A stretch of DNA of 63,750 nt, the filler included, from Choristocarpus tenellus KU-1152 (Eukaryota > Protista > Phaeophyceae), in the NCBI GenBank assembly GCA_964200185.2. It is 11 parts of 11 records of this genome, joined end to end, with 100 filler letters (N's around TTAATTAATTAA, not from the genome) between each part and the next. Parts side by side here need not be neighbours in the genome. Positions count along the whole stretch, not along the records: positions 35,368 to 42,948 come from CAXNAD020005934.1; positions 43,049 to 55,953 come from CAXNAD020001666.1; 9 more parts are not named here. One strand, given 5' to 3'. The notes below the pieces were generated by a model. The model had not been told where the DNA came from. It saw only the letters and a list, made by a program, of their open reading frames with translations, and made no database searches. Shown here one piece after another: positions 36,483 through 51,200 of the stretch. Made by a program: the position numbers and the translations under genes. Position 1 is the first letter of the stretch; the number at the start of each line of letters is the position of its first letter.

Positions 36483-39400
36483 TTTTCGCATTCGTGGACA
36501 TCGCCACACACCTATCATTGTCAAGCCTTACCCATTTGTTGACTTTGGGCATGCATTTCATCACATCCACCACCTTGATTGGAAGCGACAATAAACAAGT
36601 GGACACAAAGTGTGGGAACAAGCCGCTAGGTATTGCTTCAATAGGCATAGAAGTGTACCTTGAGAAGCAATATACCATAGGGAAGAATGGGAGAAACCAC
36701 CCGCCTTTGGGTATTCGCAACCCACTGCCCATTACGGTCGATTGGAGTAGTTTGCGTGCAAGACGCACAACCGCGCGCAAACCGTGATGGCCAAGTTCCT
36801 CCGAGCAAGAGATGGCCTGCTGAGCTGCTATGAGTGGGTGGAGTGTATAGAACAAGAGGCGACTCGGTGATTATGTTACAATGTTAACGCCCTTCTACAC
36901 TGGTACGCGATCACAGCAACGACCGTTGATGCACATTCTAGTACTATATTCCCATTTTCTCTAAGGTTTCTGTATCGAAATTCGTTTATCACTTGTTGTT
37001 GTCACTCACCAAAATACGCAATGATGGCCCTGAATGCCATAGATAAAACCACAGGTTTTCTATCGCTAAGAGAACCCAAGAAAGCCCTGGCGGATGGTTT
37101 CTCCCATTCTTGATTGTGGTATGTTGCTTTTTTTTAATATACACTTTCATGTCTCTTGAACGAGCAGCTTGGTTGTGTATCCTCCTCTGTGCCCCCCACA
37201 GCCACTCAGGACCTCATGCAGGGTAAGTAAGGAGATTAAGGAGGAGAAAGTCCTTAGGACCAGGGCCTACCTGAGGATGACATCATTTCCCACTGTGGTT
37301 TGGGGTTAGAGTGGTTTGAGGATGACCTCGGTGGAGATTTCGTGCGAGACCTCTGTTGTGCTAGAGAACTAGATGTATATTGGAAGTTTTTTGCATGGCA
37401 GTGATGTGAATGGGGTGGGGAAGGCTGTAAGTAGCCTGTTGTGACGATTTTATCAAGTTTTGTTCTCTTGGTATGTTGCATCTTCTCTTCTTTGATCTCT
37501 TGCTGCAATGGCGCCAATTTGAATGTCCACGTGTGTGAGGATTCTAATCAGCTGTCCAGGTATGTGCCTTTCTGTGTTTGTTGGGTTGACTGACGAAATA
37601 TCTTGCACATGTCTGCAATTTTTTTATAGAAAAGTCAATCTTGAATGGATGGATGGGTGGGTGATTGTTGTCATGTATGAAGTATCCTGGGTTCTTGCTT
37701 AATGGGGGGTAGTTTGTTGATGGAGAGTTGACCGATTTGGTGGATGTAAGAGTATGTATATTTGGGTTGGTGAAAGAAACGGATGATAGATTATTGCTGG
37801 GAGGCATTAACAATCCCTTATTTATGTCTGTGTGTATGAAGCAGTTTCGATCGATGGGACAAGCACTATGCATAAGGACTAGAACTGGAATGTTCTTGGA
37901 CAAAGCCAGAGAAGGTTGGATTTGGCTCAGTATCCTCGTGTGGAACTCACAGACCTATTTTTTATAAGAAATTGAAATATCCTAGGCTGATGCTTGGTGG
38001 GAAATGTTAATTTTGTGTTTTGAGGGACCGTGCAACAGAGTTGTTATTTGATATATGTTGTGATGATACTATGTGTCTGGTGTGTCTGTGATGTTGAGTG
38101 GTATGTGGGTGTATTGTACTGCCTCTCAGCTTGCAATAATGATGCAGATTGAATGTCAGTTACACTGTGCTGTATTTTTGTGTTGTTGATCGCGGAGTGA
38201 ATGCTATGTGAATGAAAAGAGGGCCTGTGTACCAGAAGTATTCTGCTGTGTCCAGGTATACGCCTGCAGATTATTGTGAACTCCTTACCTATAACTTGAT
38301 GAGAACACAATACCTGTTATATATATTGACATACTGACTACTGTGTCAGTAGTTGCAACACGTTGCAAGCCTGACGAGCTTCTTCCTACTACTTTCTGCA
38401 TGTGTAAACTTCATTCACTCCGGAAGACATTGACAAAATAAATTAAAGTCCAATGTCTGTAAATAGGTGAGAAGCAGCAGTAGCAACACCAGCAATGTTA
38501 GGGTAGCATCACCACTGCATAGGCAGCGCAAGGAAGTGAAGAGATGTCCCCCGTCCCCCTCATTCCTCCTCCTTGACTGCTGCCGGAGTGCACTGAACAC
38601 ACTTCTACTTCTAACTTCAATTGTACACATAGCCTGCCCTGGCCTCCCGACTCCTGATGCCTCAACCAAGAACTGTAATAAAGAAAACTTGTTGAAAAGT
38701 TCACCACGTGGTCTTCAGCACAGGGTCTAAAGAAATTATTTGGACTGGCTTGGTGTTCGATTTTCTGAAATGTTCATGCTTCTATGAGAAAACCACAACA
38801 TGATTTTTGGTCTATTGGAGGAGTTCCATTGTTTGGGGAGGTGTTTTTGTGGAACAAGAAATTGCTTCTCTTGGATGAGACATTGTGAGCAAATTAAAAA
38901 AATATAGGTACAAAAAAGAAAAATAGAACAAATTAAAAAAACAAGTGCCTCGATGTATTTCACCGAGTGGCAACAAGTCACTTGAATTGGAGGAACATTC
39001 ACAATGTGCTTTTGTACCCCAAATTATCATTGCACGGTACATCAATATCTCATGTGTGGCCACGTATAACCCCATAGAAGTTGGAATGGTGGGGGAGGGA
39101 GAGCAAAGTAATGAGTCTCATGCGAGTTGTTGTTGTGGACATAGATGTGTACATACACTGCAGATGTGAATCAAAAGTCAGCTTGTGCAAGATCCCAAGC
39201 CAAAATGTAAGATGTAACCTAATGTCATTGTTACAGTGAGGACAAAACAGGTATTGACTAGTGATTCCACGGAACTGCCCCAAATAAGCACTAGAAAAAT
39301 GAACAAGTATTGGTTGGGTTTAGAAAGAGGCTGGCTACAAAATATACTCTTCAAGAAAGGGATCCAATTTCTACAAAAATAGTTGAGGAATCAACCCACC

Positions 39401-40188
39401 GCACACTCTGACCTGTACTTACAAACATAGACAACACAAGTCACCCACAGCCTGCATTGTCACTCAAGATTGCTACAAAAGTAAATGCCTGAAGATGGCT
39501 CACTATGGTCCTACACCATACATCAGTGAACCAACCCGGTACTTCAGGTTCTATAATTGAGGTGAGTTAATACTTTATACTGAAGAATACAGTACTGCAT
39601 GCCAATACCACCATTAAACTTATCATAAAAACAAAATGTGCATCACGTTCTCAACAGGAAAGATTATACTTCTTCCCAGTTTTGTAATTGGGTACATCTA
39701 CCTAGATACAAGATCAAGGATAAATGGTATGTATGCATAAAATTATAGTACTAGTAGTACTACTATCAAAGCAAATGCCATGGTGCCAATGGCAAGGAAC
39801 TAATAGGGCCACAAACAGGTGCCCCTACCATCAATGTGTGAATTATGTGACACATCCTTGAGCATGCCTAAAGGGAGGGTTGTGAGAGAAATTCAATCTA
39901 GTTGGCAAATTGCTTCCCAAGCCTCTGCGTGCATACCAGGAGGAATCTCAGTGTCTGGTAACAGTCATAGTGGTGATTCCAAGCACAATCTGGCAGCTAT
40001 AAACAGTAGTTACATCCTTCACATTAACATGATACACACTAGTCTTTACATACAAGTACTGGGGAAGCAAGAAACACAAGTGGTTACACATACACACATA
40101 CACCTCTTTCCGGGTCAATGCAAAGGACAAGAACCCAGTTGAAAAACACATTTTTAATTTGGCGAGTCTGGTGTGCTCCCACACTCAC

Positions 40189-41169
40189 GAGGAAAAACCC
40201 CACTGCTGCTGACAACACCTGCCCTTGCCCGCCTTGCCTGCAGGGCTCGCTCTACCCCTGCCATCTCTCGCCTCGCCAATGCCTTCTTAATCTCCATAAA
40301 CTCTTTATTGATGAGCTGGTTGGCAGCTGGACCACGGTCTATGCATATATCAATATTAGGGAAAATACAAACCAAATGAGGGTGGGCAGCAATCAACAAG
40401 CAACAACCATAGAGGAGTAAGTTTACAGGAAGCAAAGTAGAAAGAGAGGGGTGGGGGTGGCGAGGGGTTGTAAGGGAAACTGGTGAGGTATGGACCTTTG
40501 ATTTCAACTTCAATTTGGCCTTCGGTCACATATCCTCACATGGATGATATGGGCACACTTTCTCTGGATATACCCGTACTAGTCCTATCGATGAATCTGT
40601 ACATACTGCAGGTATTCAATTATAATTGTACTTTACCACAGCAAAATCATTGTGCATCACAATGTGGAGTACACCAAGTACACATATCAAGGCAATGGTT
40701 GTATTGCATTGTCAAGATATACCTTTTTCCAGTGTAGCAAAACAACACTATCTGTCACACATCTTGGACATGAGAGTATGACACCTCTGTCATGTTCTTC
40801 ACTATTGATATATGACATGATCAGGATACATGGTAACCTCTCCCCTCCAACATCTAACCCACATTTTGGAGCATAGAGAATTGCAATAGGTCACTTAAGT
40901 ACCTCCCAACTCCTCTGGTGGAGCTGGTCTCGGCTGACAACTTGAGAAAGCCTGCATTCTAATTAAGGGCACGAACAATTGTGGGGCATCATCCATGCAT
41001 TCCACCCGCAAAAACTCGGAAATAGGAGTCCAGAATCTGACACCCTTCAAAACCACCACCCCAGTGCCAGGGTTGAAGACAGACAGTGACTTTCTGCTCC
41101 CAGAATATTGTAACAGTTCTTCTCCCAAAATTTGGTGCTCTGTTGTGGGCCTTCTAGCAATGCCAGAAA
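40189..41169 (-). CDS. Two exons of an unrecognised protein-coding gene
   Basis: Exons 40903-41169 and 40189-40338 have canonical AG/GT sites and matching phase 1, giving a continuous ...FWTPISEFLRVECMDDAPQLFVPLIRMQ...PEELG-D-RGPAANQLINKEFMEIKKALARREMAGVERALQARRARAG... Confidence 0.55.
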
Positions 41170-42867
41170 CTGCAACCACAGTACACAAACAAGAAATGAA
41201 AGACGGTCGGTGATGCTGACATCACTACTGCATGGATTCTGTTCTTTGTCCTACATTCTAACAGATGAAACTAAAAAATATAAGAACCGGGTGTTTCCTC
41301 AGACAATCTTATCCCGATTTTAGTCATTACTTGGTTCTGATCCATGGACTTCACCTTCACAACCTTGGCAAATTCTTGACCCCAAAATGATGGCTGCAGA
41401 TGGAAAGCCTCCACGATAACCAACATGAATTTCTTCTGGTGGCACTTCACCTCCAAGGTCCTGCCTCCACCTGTGCCTATGTTGCCATCCTTGTGACAAC
41501 GCCTCTCCTTCATTGTTATGGCAACCCATCCTGCAATGATGAGCTTTCTGCCTTTGTTGAGAATGTGGGCTCGCACGGGAAGAGATCAATGACTGGGGCA
41601 GGGACTGGGTACGTTGGTTGGGGGATATGAATCCCCGTGCATGCTCTATCCATTCAGTTGAGGCCCATATGGGGTGGACTGAACCTCCCACCCCCCTGCA
41701 CCGGCCCCAGTTGCTTGGCAGGGTGGTGCCAACACGGCACCAAATGTTATGAGGGTTTGACACACCTGTCATATGCGAAGGAAGGGGGTGGTAATATATG
41801 AAGGAAGAGGTTACCACAGGGAAAAGATGTTGCAAGTCTGCTTGTGAAGACTCTAACTGTCTTGCTCTAAAGCTCTCGCCCAACCAGGCTGCCTGGACTG
41901 CCTATATCGAATCACTGATAGTGGGATATCAGTATATAAATATCAGATCACAAGTATTGAAAATAATTCTCTGGAGCTCCCACACACATACAGAGGCATT
42001 GCTAGCAGGCAAGGCTCTTGGTCGTAGCCTAATCTCCCTCTGAAAGTGCTTTGCCGGCTCATATACCTTCATAGTTTTTCAACATTTTTGCAAGGGGAAG
42101 GGGAATACCTGTACGTGGGGAGGCCTTAGCCAATCAGGTGCTGGTAGATCTGACCATCAAATGAGAGCGGCGTTCTAGTAACCTCAACAACACACATTCC
42201 CCTTGAAAATCAAACAAGCATGGCAAAGACTATTCCTGACGACAAAGAAGTGGAATTCCATAAAATGTAGTAACTCTCTTCCTAACAGCAGCAATGAGTG
42301 TGGTTATCGCATGCGCCACACCTACGAAAGTAGAAAATAAGAATGCCAAAAAAAATAATTAATAGGAACATTCTGAAAATGGCTTTTAGCAAGATAGAGA
42401 GAGGACATTATAAGACAAACATTTTGCAGAGCACAGACGGTCGTTATGGTAGAAAAATAGAAATAAAAAAATGCAGCATGCACCGTTCAACTTTGGAATA
42501 TATGGCATTTTTTCACTTTGGGTACCTGTTGCATCACAACAAGAATTTCGCACGAAGTTGGAACGGAATTACTAATTTTTCAACATCCCATACCAAGAAA
42601 GTACACAATTCTAGTAGGCCTAAAAAAAAACTTCAGAAGAGGAAGATAGCATACTTGTATTGTATGTCAGCAAAGGAGAGAGATTTGAATCCACCCCCCA
42701 GCACTACTACTCAAACTACAAGGAGTATGAAGCACAGAATGTAAGTCCTGGTCCCGTATATTACCTTGCTTTATGTGTTTTTACGTGAATGAAGGTGGTT
42801 ATCTATGCAACATACCCCATACCCTCCAACTGTATGGGTACAACATAGCCCAGGTGCATCTGCTGGT

Positions 42868-42948
42868 GACCCAAAGTATCTGGAGGGGGGGGGGTCTACA
42901 CCAGAGTGTCCATTTGGACCAAAACCAGGAAAAGTGCACTTTCATTAT
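42868..42948 (+). mobile_element. MITE family A left part, truncated by contig end
   Basis: GACCCAAAGTATCTGGA(G)nTCTACACCAGAGTGTCCATTTGGACC... Confidence 0.85.
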
Positions 42949-43834
42949 NNNNNNNNNNNNNNNNNNNNNNNNNNNNNNNNNNNNNNNNNNNNTTAATTAA
43001 TTAANNNNNNNNNNNNNNNNNNNNNNNNNNNNNNNNNNNNNNNNNNNNCATACGAAAACCGTCACCGGCTCCCCCGAGGGGGGCCCGTCTGTCCTTCTGC
43101 CTTTGGCTTGGTCGACGTAGCTTCCGAATCGTAGCGGTGCCCTCCACAACAAGCGTGGAATTTTTTTTCAACAATAATACATCCCATTCAAAAAGGGGCC
43201 CTAAAAAGGTTTGATGACATTTACAAAAAAAAACATATGGGCACTTTCCGCGCACCATTTCAGTCAAACCCATCCTCCATGAAATGATCCATCCGCTATT
43301 ATCATGATCCGCTGTTTTGTACGGTAATAAACTTCATATCCCCTCTAATTTAAAGAGGTTCTGATCTTGCAATATATGATTTTTTTAAGTGAAAGGAAAG
43401 TAAAACCCGTCTTTCACTCACTGGACGTGTACCATTCCGCAAAAAACAAAATCGGCAAAAAAGTTCCCTTGCAAGTATCATTGAAGTAGATCAATAGTTG
43501 TATCTTATTGGAAAGAAGCAATGAATTTAGCACAGAGAGTAAACGGTCAACATTATACAATCACTAAAATACTCCCCCACAAATAGAAATGAAACGTATC
43601 CATCATATGTAATGAATTATTCTGTGTAGTTGTAGTCACCTATTAGAATTACCCTCTTTACAATCATCTATCCAATCTTCCTTTCTTACCACATCCAAAG
43701 CCTCAGTACAAGATTTAAATTTTGTAGGTCTATTTTTATTTACTTCAATTCTATATCCTCAATCAAAGTGAGGAACCTCGAAAAACTAGACTTTTAGCCT
43801 TGCACATAAGATATGGGGCTAAGTATATAATATA

Positions 43835-45701
43835 CTCCCTTCGACCCATAGGTCTGGGCCGTTAGGTTGAATCTCTTTGAGATAACCTCTGACTACAAAA
43901 CGGATTATTGCGTTCGATTCCTCAGAATATTCTACATTAACACAAACAAATCCAAGAATTATGCAAAGAATTCCGTTCTGAAACGGTTCCGAAAGAATGA
44001 ACATGGAATGGGGAATATTCGGCTCATTTTTTAATGGTCCTGGTGCAGCGTGGAGCCGCCCACCATTCTCACAACCCCAACGGTACGCACTCAAGCGCAT
44101 ACCTCTCCAACAGCCCTCCGCATCGACAGCAAGGGAACACAGTGCCTGTCTACTCGCATGCGGCATGCATACAACGCCCATGGCAAGCCCCAAGAGCTTG
44201 TCAGTCCAAAGTCCACCTTCTCGTGGAAAAAACTGCAAGCTGACCAAGGAAGGCCAGACCGCACTTGCTTTGCATTACGCATTGGCCCTTCCACCAGGTC
44301 ACGAGAGGCTCCTGAGGGGTGTGGGACCTAAATTGGCCAAAGATATTGGAGTGGAGGGAGATACCTTAGACTGTTGTGGGCGTGCATGAATGAACAGCTA
44401 GACAGTGGGAATACCGTCTCTCTGAAATCACAAGTATGATCTGGCTGGCTGTTGGATTTTACACCAATGAAGCAAGCGAGAATCTGGCAGACCAGCACCC
44501 GTGATCACGGACTGACTCTTGACCAGCTTTCTGCCAAGCTTGCCAAAACAGGCCTCACAGTCAGCACGTCAAAGCATTAGCGCTGGCTCCATGACATGGG
44601 ATCAATGAGGGTTAAGCGGTGCATCACACTTTGCCCTTCATTTTCTCACAAGAAAGATCGAGTGGATTTCCCTACATGGACAGCTAATATCCATCCTCAA
44701 GCAGACCTCTCACAACCACAACAAATCCTCAAGCAGACCTCTCACAACCACAACAAAACATACATACAGGACTTGGCCTCAACACGATTCATGCCAACAA
44801 GGCGTGGTTCTACCTCCTCCACTATGGAGAGAAGGTGTGCATGTCCCCAGAAGGGAAAAATGTGTGAGAAAGGTGCAGCACAAGAGGCACATTCCCAAAG
44901 TGATGTTCATCACTGTCATTGCACGCCTGGATCCATTCCATGGTTTGATGGCAAGATTGGGATCTGGCGGGTTTGCATTATGAAGGAGGTGCAAAGAATT
45001 ACAGAGTGGTACACAAAGGGCAAGGGGTACAAGGTCAATGTCACTGTCGACACTGAGTGGTACCAGGTGCGGTGCATGGAGCACCTATTGACAGTGATCA
45101 AGGAAAAATTACCGTGGCTGGAATCGGGGGGGGGTTGTACAGCAGGACAGCGCAACCCTGCATACGAGCAAAGGCACAGTGCAGAAGTCAAATGCCGCAG
45201 GAAAGGAGGGTAGATAGGAAATTAAGCTCATGATGCAGCCAGCGCAGTCGCCAGATCTTAACATCAACGATTTGGGGTTTTTTGCATCCCTGTAGAACAG
45301 GATTTGGGCAGTGCATTATGGCACCATTGATGACCTTGTGGAGAGGGTTTAAGAGCATGTTCCACGTGTATGACGCAGACACGCTCGAGAGGGTGTGGCA
45401 GAGCCCGTCTAAGAGGTACAATCAGGTGCTATGAGCACCGAGGGGGAACTACTTCGATGTAGAGTACACAGAGACCAAAAAAAGGCAGTGGGAGGGTGGG
45501 TTGGCTAGATTGGTCAAATTAGACCGAGTCGCCTACAACGCTGCACTGGATTGGTGCATTAATGTTGTTGAGTAAGTGGGAGACATAATTATTTTATGTA
45601 GAGTATTCTAAGGAATCCAAGGCGAATATCCGTTTTGTAGTCGGAGGTCATCTCGAATAGGTACAACTTAACGGCACAGACTTATGGTACACAACAGGGA
45701 G
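43835..45701 (+). mobile_element. Full-length decayed Tc1/mariner element of the plant/oomycete DD39D-like group
   Basis: TA TSDs at 43833-34 and 45702-03; ~105-bp imperfect TIRs starting CTCCCT (43835-43937 / 45596-45701); transposase pseudogene inside. Confidence 0.92.
44225..45570 (+). pseudogene. Mariner-like transposase pseudogene
   Basis: Motifs IHANKAWFY (decayed VHxDEKWFY), KRHIPKVMF..IAR, WFDGKIGIW, VVQQDSA, QPAQSPDLNINDLGFF, TLERVWQS and RGNYF, with several stops and frameshifts and a 31-bp internal duplication at ~44696-44757. Confidence 0.9.
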
Positions 45702-48209
45702 TATGACTCGTCAGGAAAAGAGGTATCAATATCAAAGCTTGAGGTAGCCAAGAAAAGGGTTGTGGTAGCCCATCAGATAGCTGATGCTTAAGTCGGGCCG
45801 CCACGCCGACCTCCATATCTTGTTCTTTATGGTACAGACCTCACCATTAGAGCTTGGGACTAAGGTTGAGACTTTGAAGGGCCTTACAAAGGCAGAGGAA
45901 TCAGTGATCAGAGCGAATCTGCTGCTCCAGATGAAGGCCAACGGCCCACAACATAATAGTTCATTTTCCGACCCAATAGGGCACTACTACCATTCCACCT
46001 AGACTATCTACAGCTGGCATACACATTATGACATGCTTCGGTTCACAATCCTACTTATTGTACGAGGGTTTTCTGGTGGATTGATTGTGGTTACTGCTGA
46101 TTCAAGGCCTGGTCTCATAAGGTGTTAGAATTTACTCTTTAACTACCTGTCAACAAGCTCCAACTTGCACATGCCTGTCAAGCCCTGGAAAGCTGTCCAG
46201 CATAGTGAGAGCAAAACCTTACTGTCCCTTCAACTCCACATCCACACCTTCTGGATATATTGATGGCAGGGGTAAATCAGTTCCTGAGCGGCTGATCGAA
46301 CTGCCAGTTGACTCTGTACATGAAAAAAGTCGGGAATAGGCAGTACTAGGACACCGTATGTAGGTGCACAAGGGAGAAACTTGGCCCTTGACGCGAAAGA
46401 CATTCCATCCCTACCAAGATACATTGAGCCTGTGGTAAGTTGGGTAGCAACAGCAGCACCACATTCACAATGTAAAGGGTTAGTAGTGAACTATACTTTT
46501 GCTCTTCTAACTGGAGGAGATGAAAGGGAACAAGGCTGACAGGATTGAAGGTTCTGCGTGCCAGTATCCGTACATGTACGATGCTGCCAAGTACGCACCG
46601 ACTCTCATCCCAGTCAGAGACTTGACGGTACTTGACACGAGTAGCACTAAAACTAGAGGCAGAATTAGAAGCAGGAGTAAATCGATGCCTTCTATTTAGT
46701 TCTCTAATCAAGTAATCAAAAATACACTCCGTCATATATTCCCCATCCATCTTGGAAGTAGGTTGGTATTGCTATGGCAATAAACTATAGATATTGATTA
46801 CTTACACCTTTCCGTAGCAGAAAATGTCATGCTCTGATATGAACAGCCCATATATAACCACTACAAAAGACATCAGAAATCCGATTTCTTTCACCTCCAA
46901 AATTAATTCACAACAAATCTCAGCTCTTGAAAATATCACTCTGGAAAGAATTGTTGGAGAGTCAAAAGTGAGTGGAAAATGATAGCATAGTGTTTGCCTA
47001 AGTAATAGCCTACCTCTTATTATCCCATCCAATTCACAATAACTGAGCTTGAACACAAACAAGAATCACATGTTCACAGGCAAATGTGTCACTTTGAGAA
47101 ACGCATCTGTCCAGCAGGGTCGAGTTCATGATGCTGCACATTAAGCACAGTACCTCTGCACTTATTTTACATTGTCAGGGACACCATCAAACATCTTTGT
47201 TATCATACACAATTACACATCAAGAAAAATACAAAATACAAAATATCCTATAATAGCTCCACATCTCTCATCATCCAACACCTTCATATATGAATGCAAA
47301 AGGTTCCTCATGCTCCTCGAAAAAAATTCCTCTACCAAATATCATTGCTACTCACTGCTGTATATACTTCGAAATTTCTCTCGACAAATTCTCTGAATAC
47401 TGACAATGACTGCCACTGCACGTCTTCGTTTAGACCTAGTGTGAGCATTCAACTTAAATGTAAACATTGTACTCCCTTATCGTACACCCAATCTATGCAT
47501 GGTGGAACAGCATTCACTTTTCTGTACCTTGCTATTCCTGTTCACGGCAAACACGGCCTCCAACCGCTTGATAACTTACTTGTACCACGAAACTGTAACA
47601 GAGGCTCTACTGGACGATATTGCCGTATGTCCCTCTCAAAAGCGAGATATCACTATCTAGCATGGACAATTATGCTGTGCTTCATGTAGGCAGGCCTTGC
47701 CTAGCCGTCAGGGCACATTGAAACTTGCCACAAAAATCATCGCCATCTTTCCTAATCAACCATCAAACTCCCAAATAAAAAATGGCAACCCTCTGGCAGG
47801 CTTGTTCAGAGGGGGCTAATACAGCACGACAAAAAAAACTCCGAAAGGTAACCAGTAAGTTCCACCTCCATCAACCAAACAATAGCCTACAATATATCCA
47901 TAGAACACAACACAGATAAAGGTATGGACTCCAACACTCCAGAAGGGCACACCAAACAAAATCTCCACAAAGACACCAGCACACAGAAGGCCAATCTGTT
48001 TGTCATCCACAGCAAAACTGACTATTTGACATGTAGGGGTGGGTGTAGTGAGTGATGTGGGAGGCAGCTATGTGTCAACACACAAGGGCTTATTAATCAC
48101 AGACTGTTAGCATTCCTCCTATTTGCTTTTTCTCAAATGATGTACCACACTTCTACTGCAACAAAGAAATTATCATCCCCTAGGTGTTGTAGACTATTTT
48201 CTGTTATCC

Positions 48210-51200
48210 TCAAGAGAAGTATGTTGCAAGCACACTGCTGGCAACAATGAACAGAAGGATGAGGACAAACTTCTGATGGTAGGCATTGGGAAGAGACGGC
48301 CATCCAGGCCACCACAGCTTCACCATCGGCCAGATGGAAAACATTCCAACAAGACAAGCACCAAATGAAGCCATCCAGATCCAACGATCACTGCCATCAA
48401 AGCCTCTGCAGAACACAGCACCCATGCCAAGTATGCAAAGTTGGAGATTAATTGCAAGATCGCAGAGAATATTACAAGATTAAAGATTAACTTAATATTT
48501 TGTTATCGATGGCAAAAATAGGCTTGGAACATTTATTGGGCTGTATACGAGCAAGATGGAAGTCCCACACTCCGTGAAAAAAAGAATGGCAGTACTTTCA
48601 AACGGCCATTATACACTATGATCACTCACACATAGGCCCAATGGACAGTTGTGTTGATGGCGCTGACACCTAGAGCCCAGAAGAGGAATGCCAGTGGCCA
48701 CACGGGGCAAACCAGGTTCCATGCATTATCCGGACTTGCACAGGTAATCCTGTTCCAAAACCCAAGAACAAAGGCCCATACCTGAGACCAACAGGGATCA
48801 AAGATGTTGATACACCAACAGATGAAACAGTACGACATGAAATACCACATGTATTTCAAAAACGGAGGTGGAGAGGAAGGGATCAAATAAGTTTGTTATT
48901 CATAGCGAAATAGGTGACATCATGTGAGCAGCAAATAGGATGAAGAGAAATGGCATGCACAGGAATTTCTTAACTCACTTTTTTCTCATGTTTCAATGGA
49001 GCACCAAAATAGTTGATAACAATACACAAAAAGAGGTAGTTTGTCCATCAATACTTCATATCAAGACAAACATGACACAATTAGACATCTTCAACAACCC
49101 CACACCCTCCCCCAAACAACCCATACAGAGATATCTTGCCTGAACATAGCACGTGCTCAACCAGAACTGCTCATCTGTGAGCACCCGAGAGGGATTGACA
49201 TTCTTCCACCCCACGGAGAGAAGGGTGGGGATGGTAGAGGTGATGATAAACGGCATGAAGTAGTACAGGAAATTCAGGCCGCGTGGATCAAACGGTGTTT
49301 CTTGGCTGATGCTGAAGGCAATTGGCCTGTGAGCATGTGTACGTGTGTGGGATATGGACATATGAGATCAAGTTCAAGTGGGAAAGGTGAGGAAATGTAA
49401 TGCGCATTGAGGGAACACACCTGAACAACTCATGTCTGGTGCGAGCAAAGGGCATTGCTCATTTCTCGCATCACAAGTCTTTATGAAACCCTGTCCACAT
49501 TTGACCCGTTGCATCAGTACATTTTCACACAAAAAGCAAGGGAAGAACATTAAAAATAATAATAATAATAATAACAGTAAACAACTTCTCACATGAACAG
49601 GATGAACATGCCTCCAACGGCCTGGATGTAGTATGTCAGGGAATCCACACCAAACATCTTGTGCAATGGAGTAGGCATCTTCGAAGTACAGATAAAGCCT
49701 AGCCCATCCTTCAAGAGCAGCTGCACTGCCCCCAAGTGCCACCGGAACACCTGCTTGACTCGCCATGCCACTGAGTTGGGCTGCTCCACACAAATTGCTA
49801 AAGTCTCACCATATTCACAAACATATGCTGAGCGCCACTGCTTCTTGAACAGCTCCAGTGATGTGTGTGTATCCTCAATTAGAACCTCAGCACGGAATCC
49901 ACAATCGTGTCCAATGATGCTTGGGTCTTCATCTGGGAACACCACCTGTTCTCCATTGGCAGCCATACCCCGCAGTGCGTCACAGCGCCAGATGCTGCCC
50001 TGTCCGCATGAGGTAACACCCCCCACTCCATCCTTGCTCACATTGGCAATGAAGAACCTGTTCAGGTGGCAAGGTGTTTTACATGTGGAGGGTACATGAG
50101 AATGAGGCTTAGTTGTGGTTTGCATAGACGACTACTCCGATCTTATGCCATTTAAAACCACTACAACTATGGGGAAATTATGATTTGATCTTTGGGAGAA
50201 GTAATATCTTCATATTCCAGTACAACAATGCCATGCTCTGCTCAAGCCTGTCATCCAGTGCTTGTTTACACACAATCTGGTTTGTCCTTGTATCCTTTCT
50301 GAACTCACCAACACACACTCCCATTTCAACATACAGTAATGAATAAATGGAAATCATGTTGGAGGGTAACAGCACATCAAGGCCCTGGACCAAATCATGC
50401 GTAGTACAAGCAATAAGCTACATAGGGTGGATTCCTCACGTCATGACAGCATGATTTCCCAGGGGGTCGTTGTCTCCAAGATCCGCAAATCTCTGGGGCA
50501 CCTGCACAAATCCCACATCAGCCCAATCATACCTAGTACTGTCAACAACAAAATTATGGCACCAAAGCACATGTGAAGGGGACAATTGTGGGGATGATGC
50601 ACAGGTCACGAGGTTTGACATGGACTAGGATTTAACTCATTGACTACAAAGTATCTTGAGTCAAGATCATGGGAGGAGAGGGGGGGGATCAACCTTTTAC
50701 TTGAAAGTTTAGAGGATGCATTTTGTTTACATACATACATGTTGATGAGCTGAGTTGATTTATGTACATTCTACTTGGTGTTTTTTGTTTGACCCATCAC
50801 TTTCAACAAATCACCCCTCCAAAACAGCGTAGGTGTCTATGAATCAAATACAGTGGAGGGGAAAGCTACTCACTTAGATGCTTTGTCTAGTTTGAAGAAG
50901 TAGGGAACGGTACGTTGGATGAAGTCTGACTTGAGACGGTGCCGGGCATCATTTACTACAACCACCTTTGCAGCACTGCCCACCACTGGCTCCTCACCCG
51001 GTGAACTGGGAAAGATGGCAGCATTCATGTTACCAGCTTTGGGACTAACCTGGTCATATCACAAACAAATCAACACATGTAAACAAGGAGAAGTGAAGTA
51101 TCAACACCATTGGTACACCAAGCGAGCCCAGTTATCATTTAACACATACCAAGTCGTTCCTCATACCCAGGACTTTTCATCAGTCCAGTGGGCCAACGCC

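Noticed and set aside
37544-38310. Possible non-LTR retrotransposon remnant on the minus strand
   Set aside because: Only a vague resemblance; no RT or endonuclease catalytic motif could be identified.
45780-46750. Candidate small exons between the mariner and the CesA 3' end
   Set aside because: Several AG/GT-bounded segments, but no consistent frame or recognisable protein.
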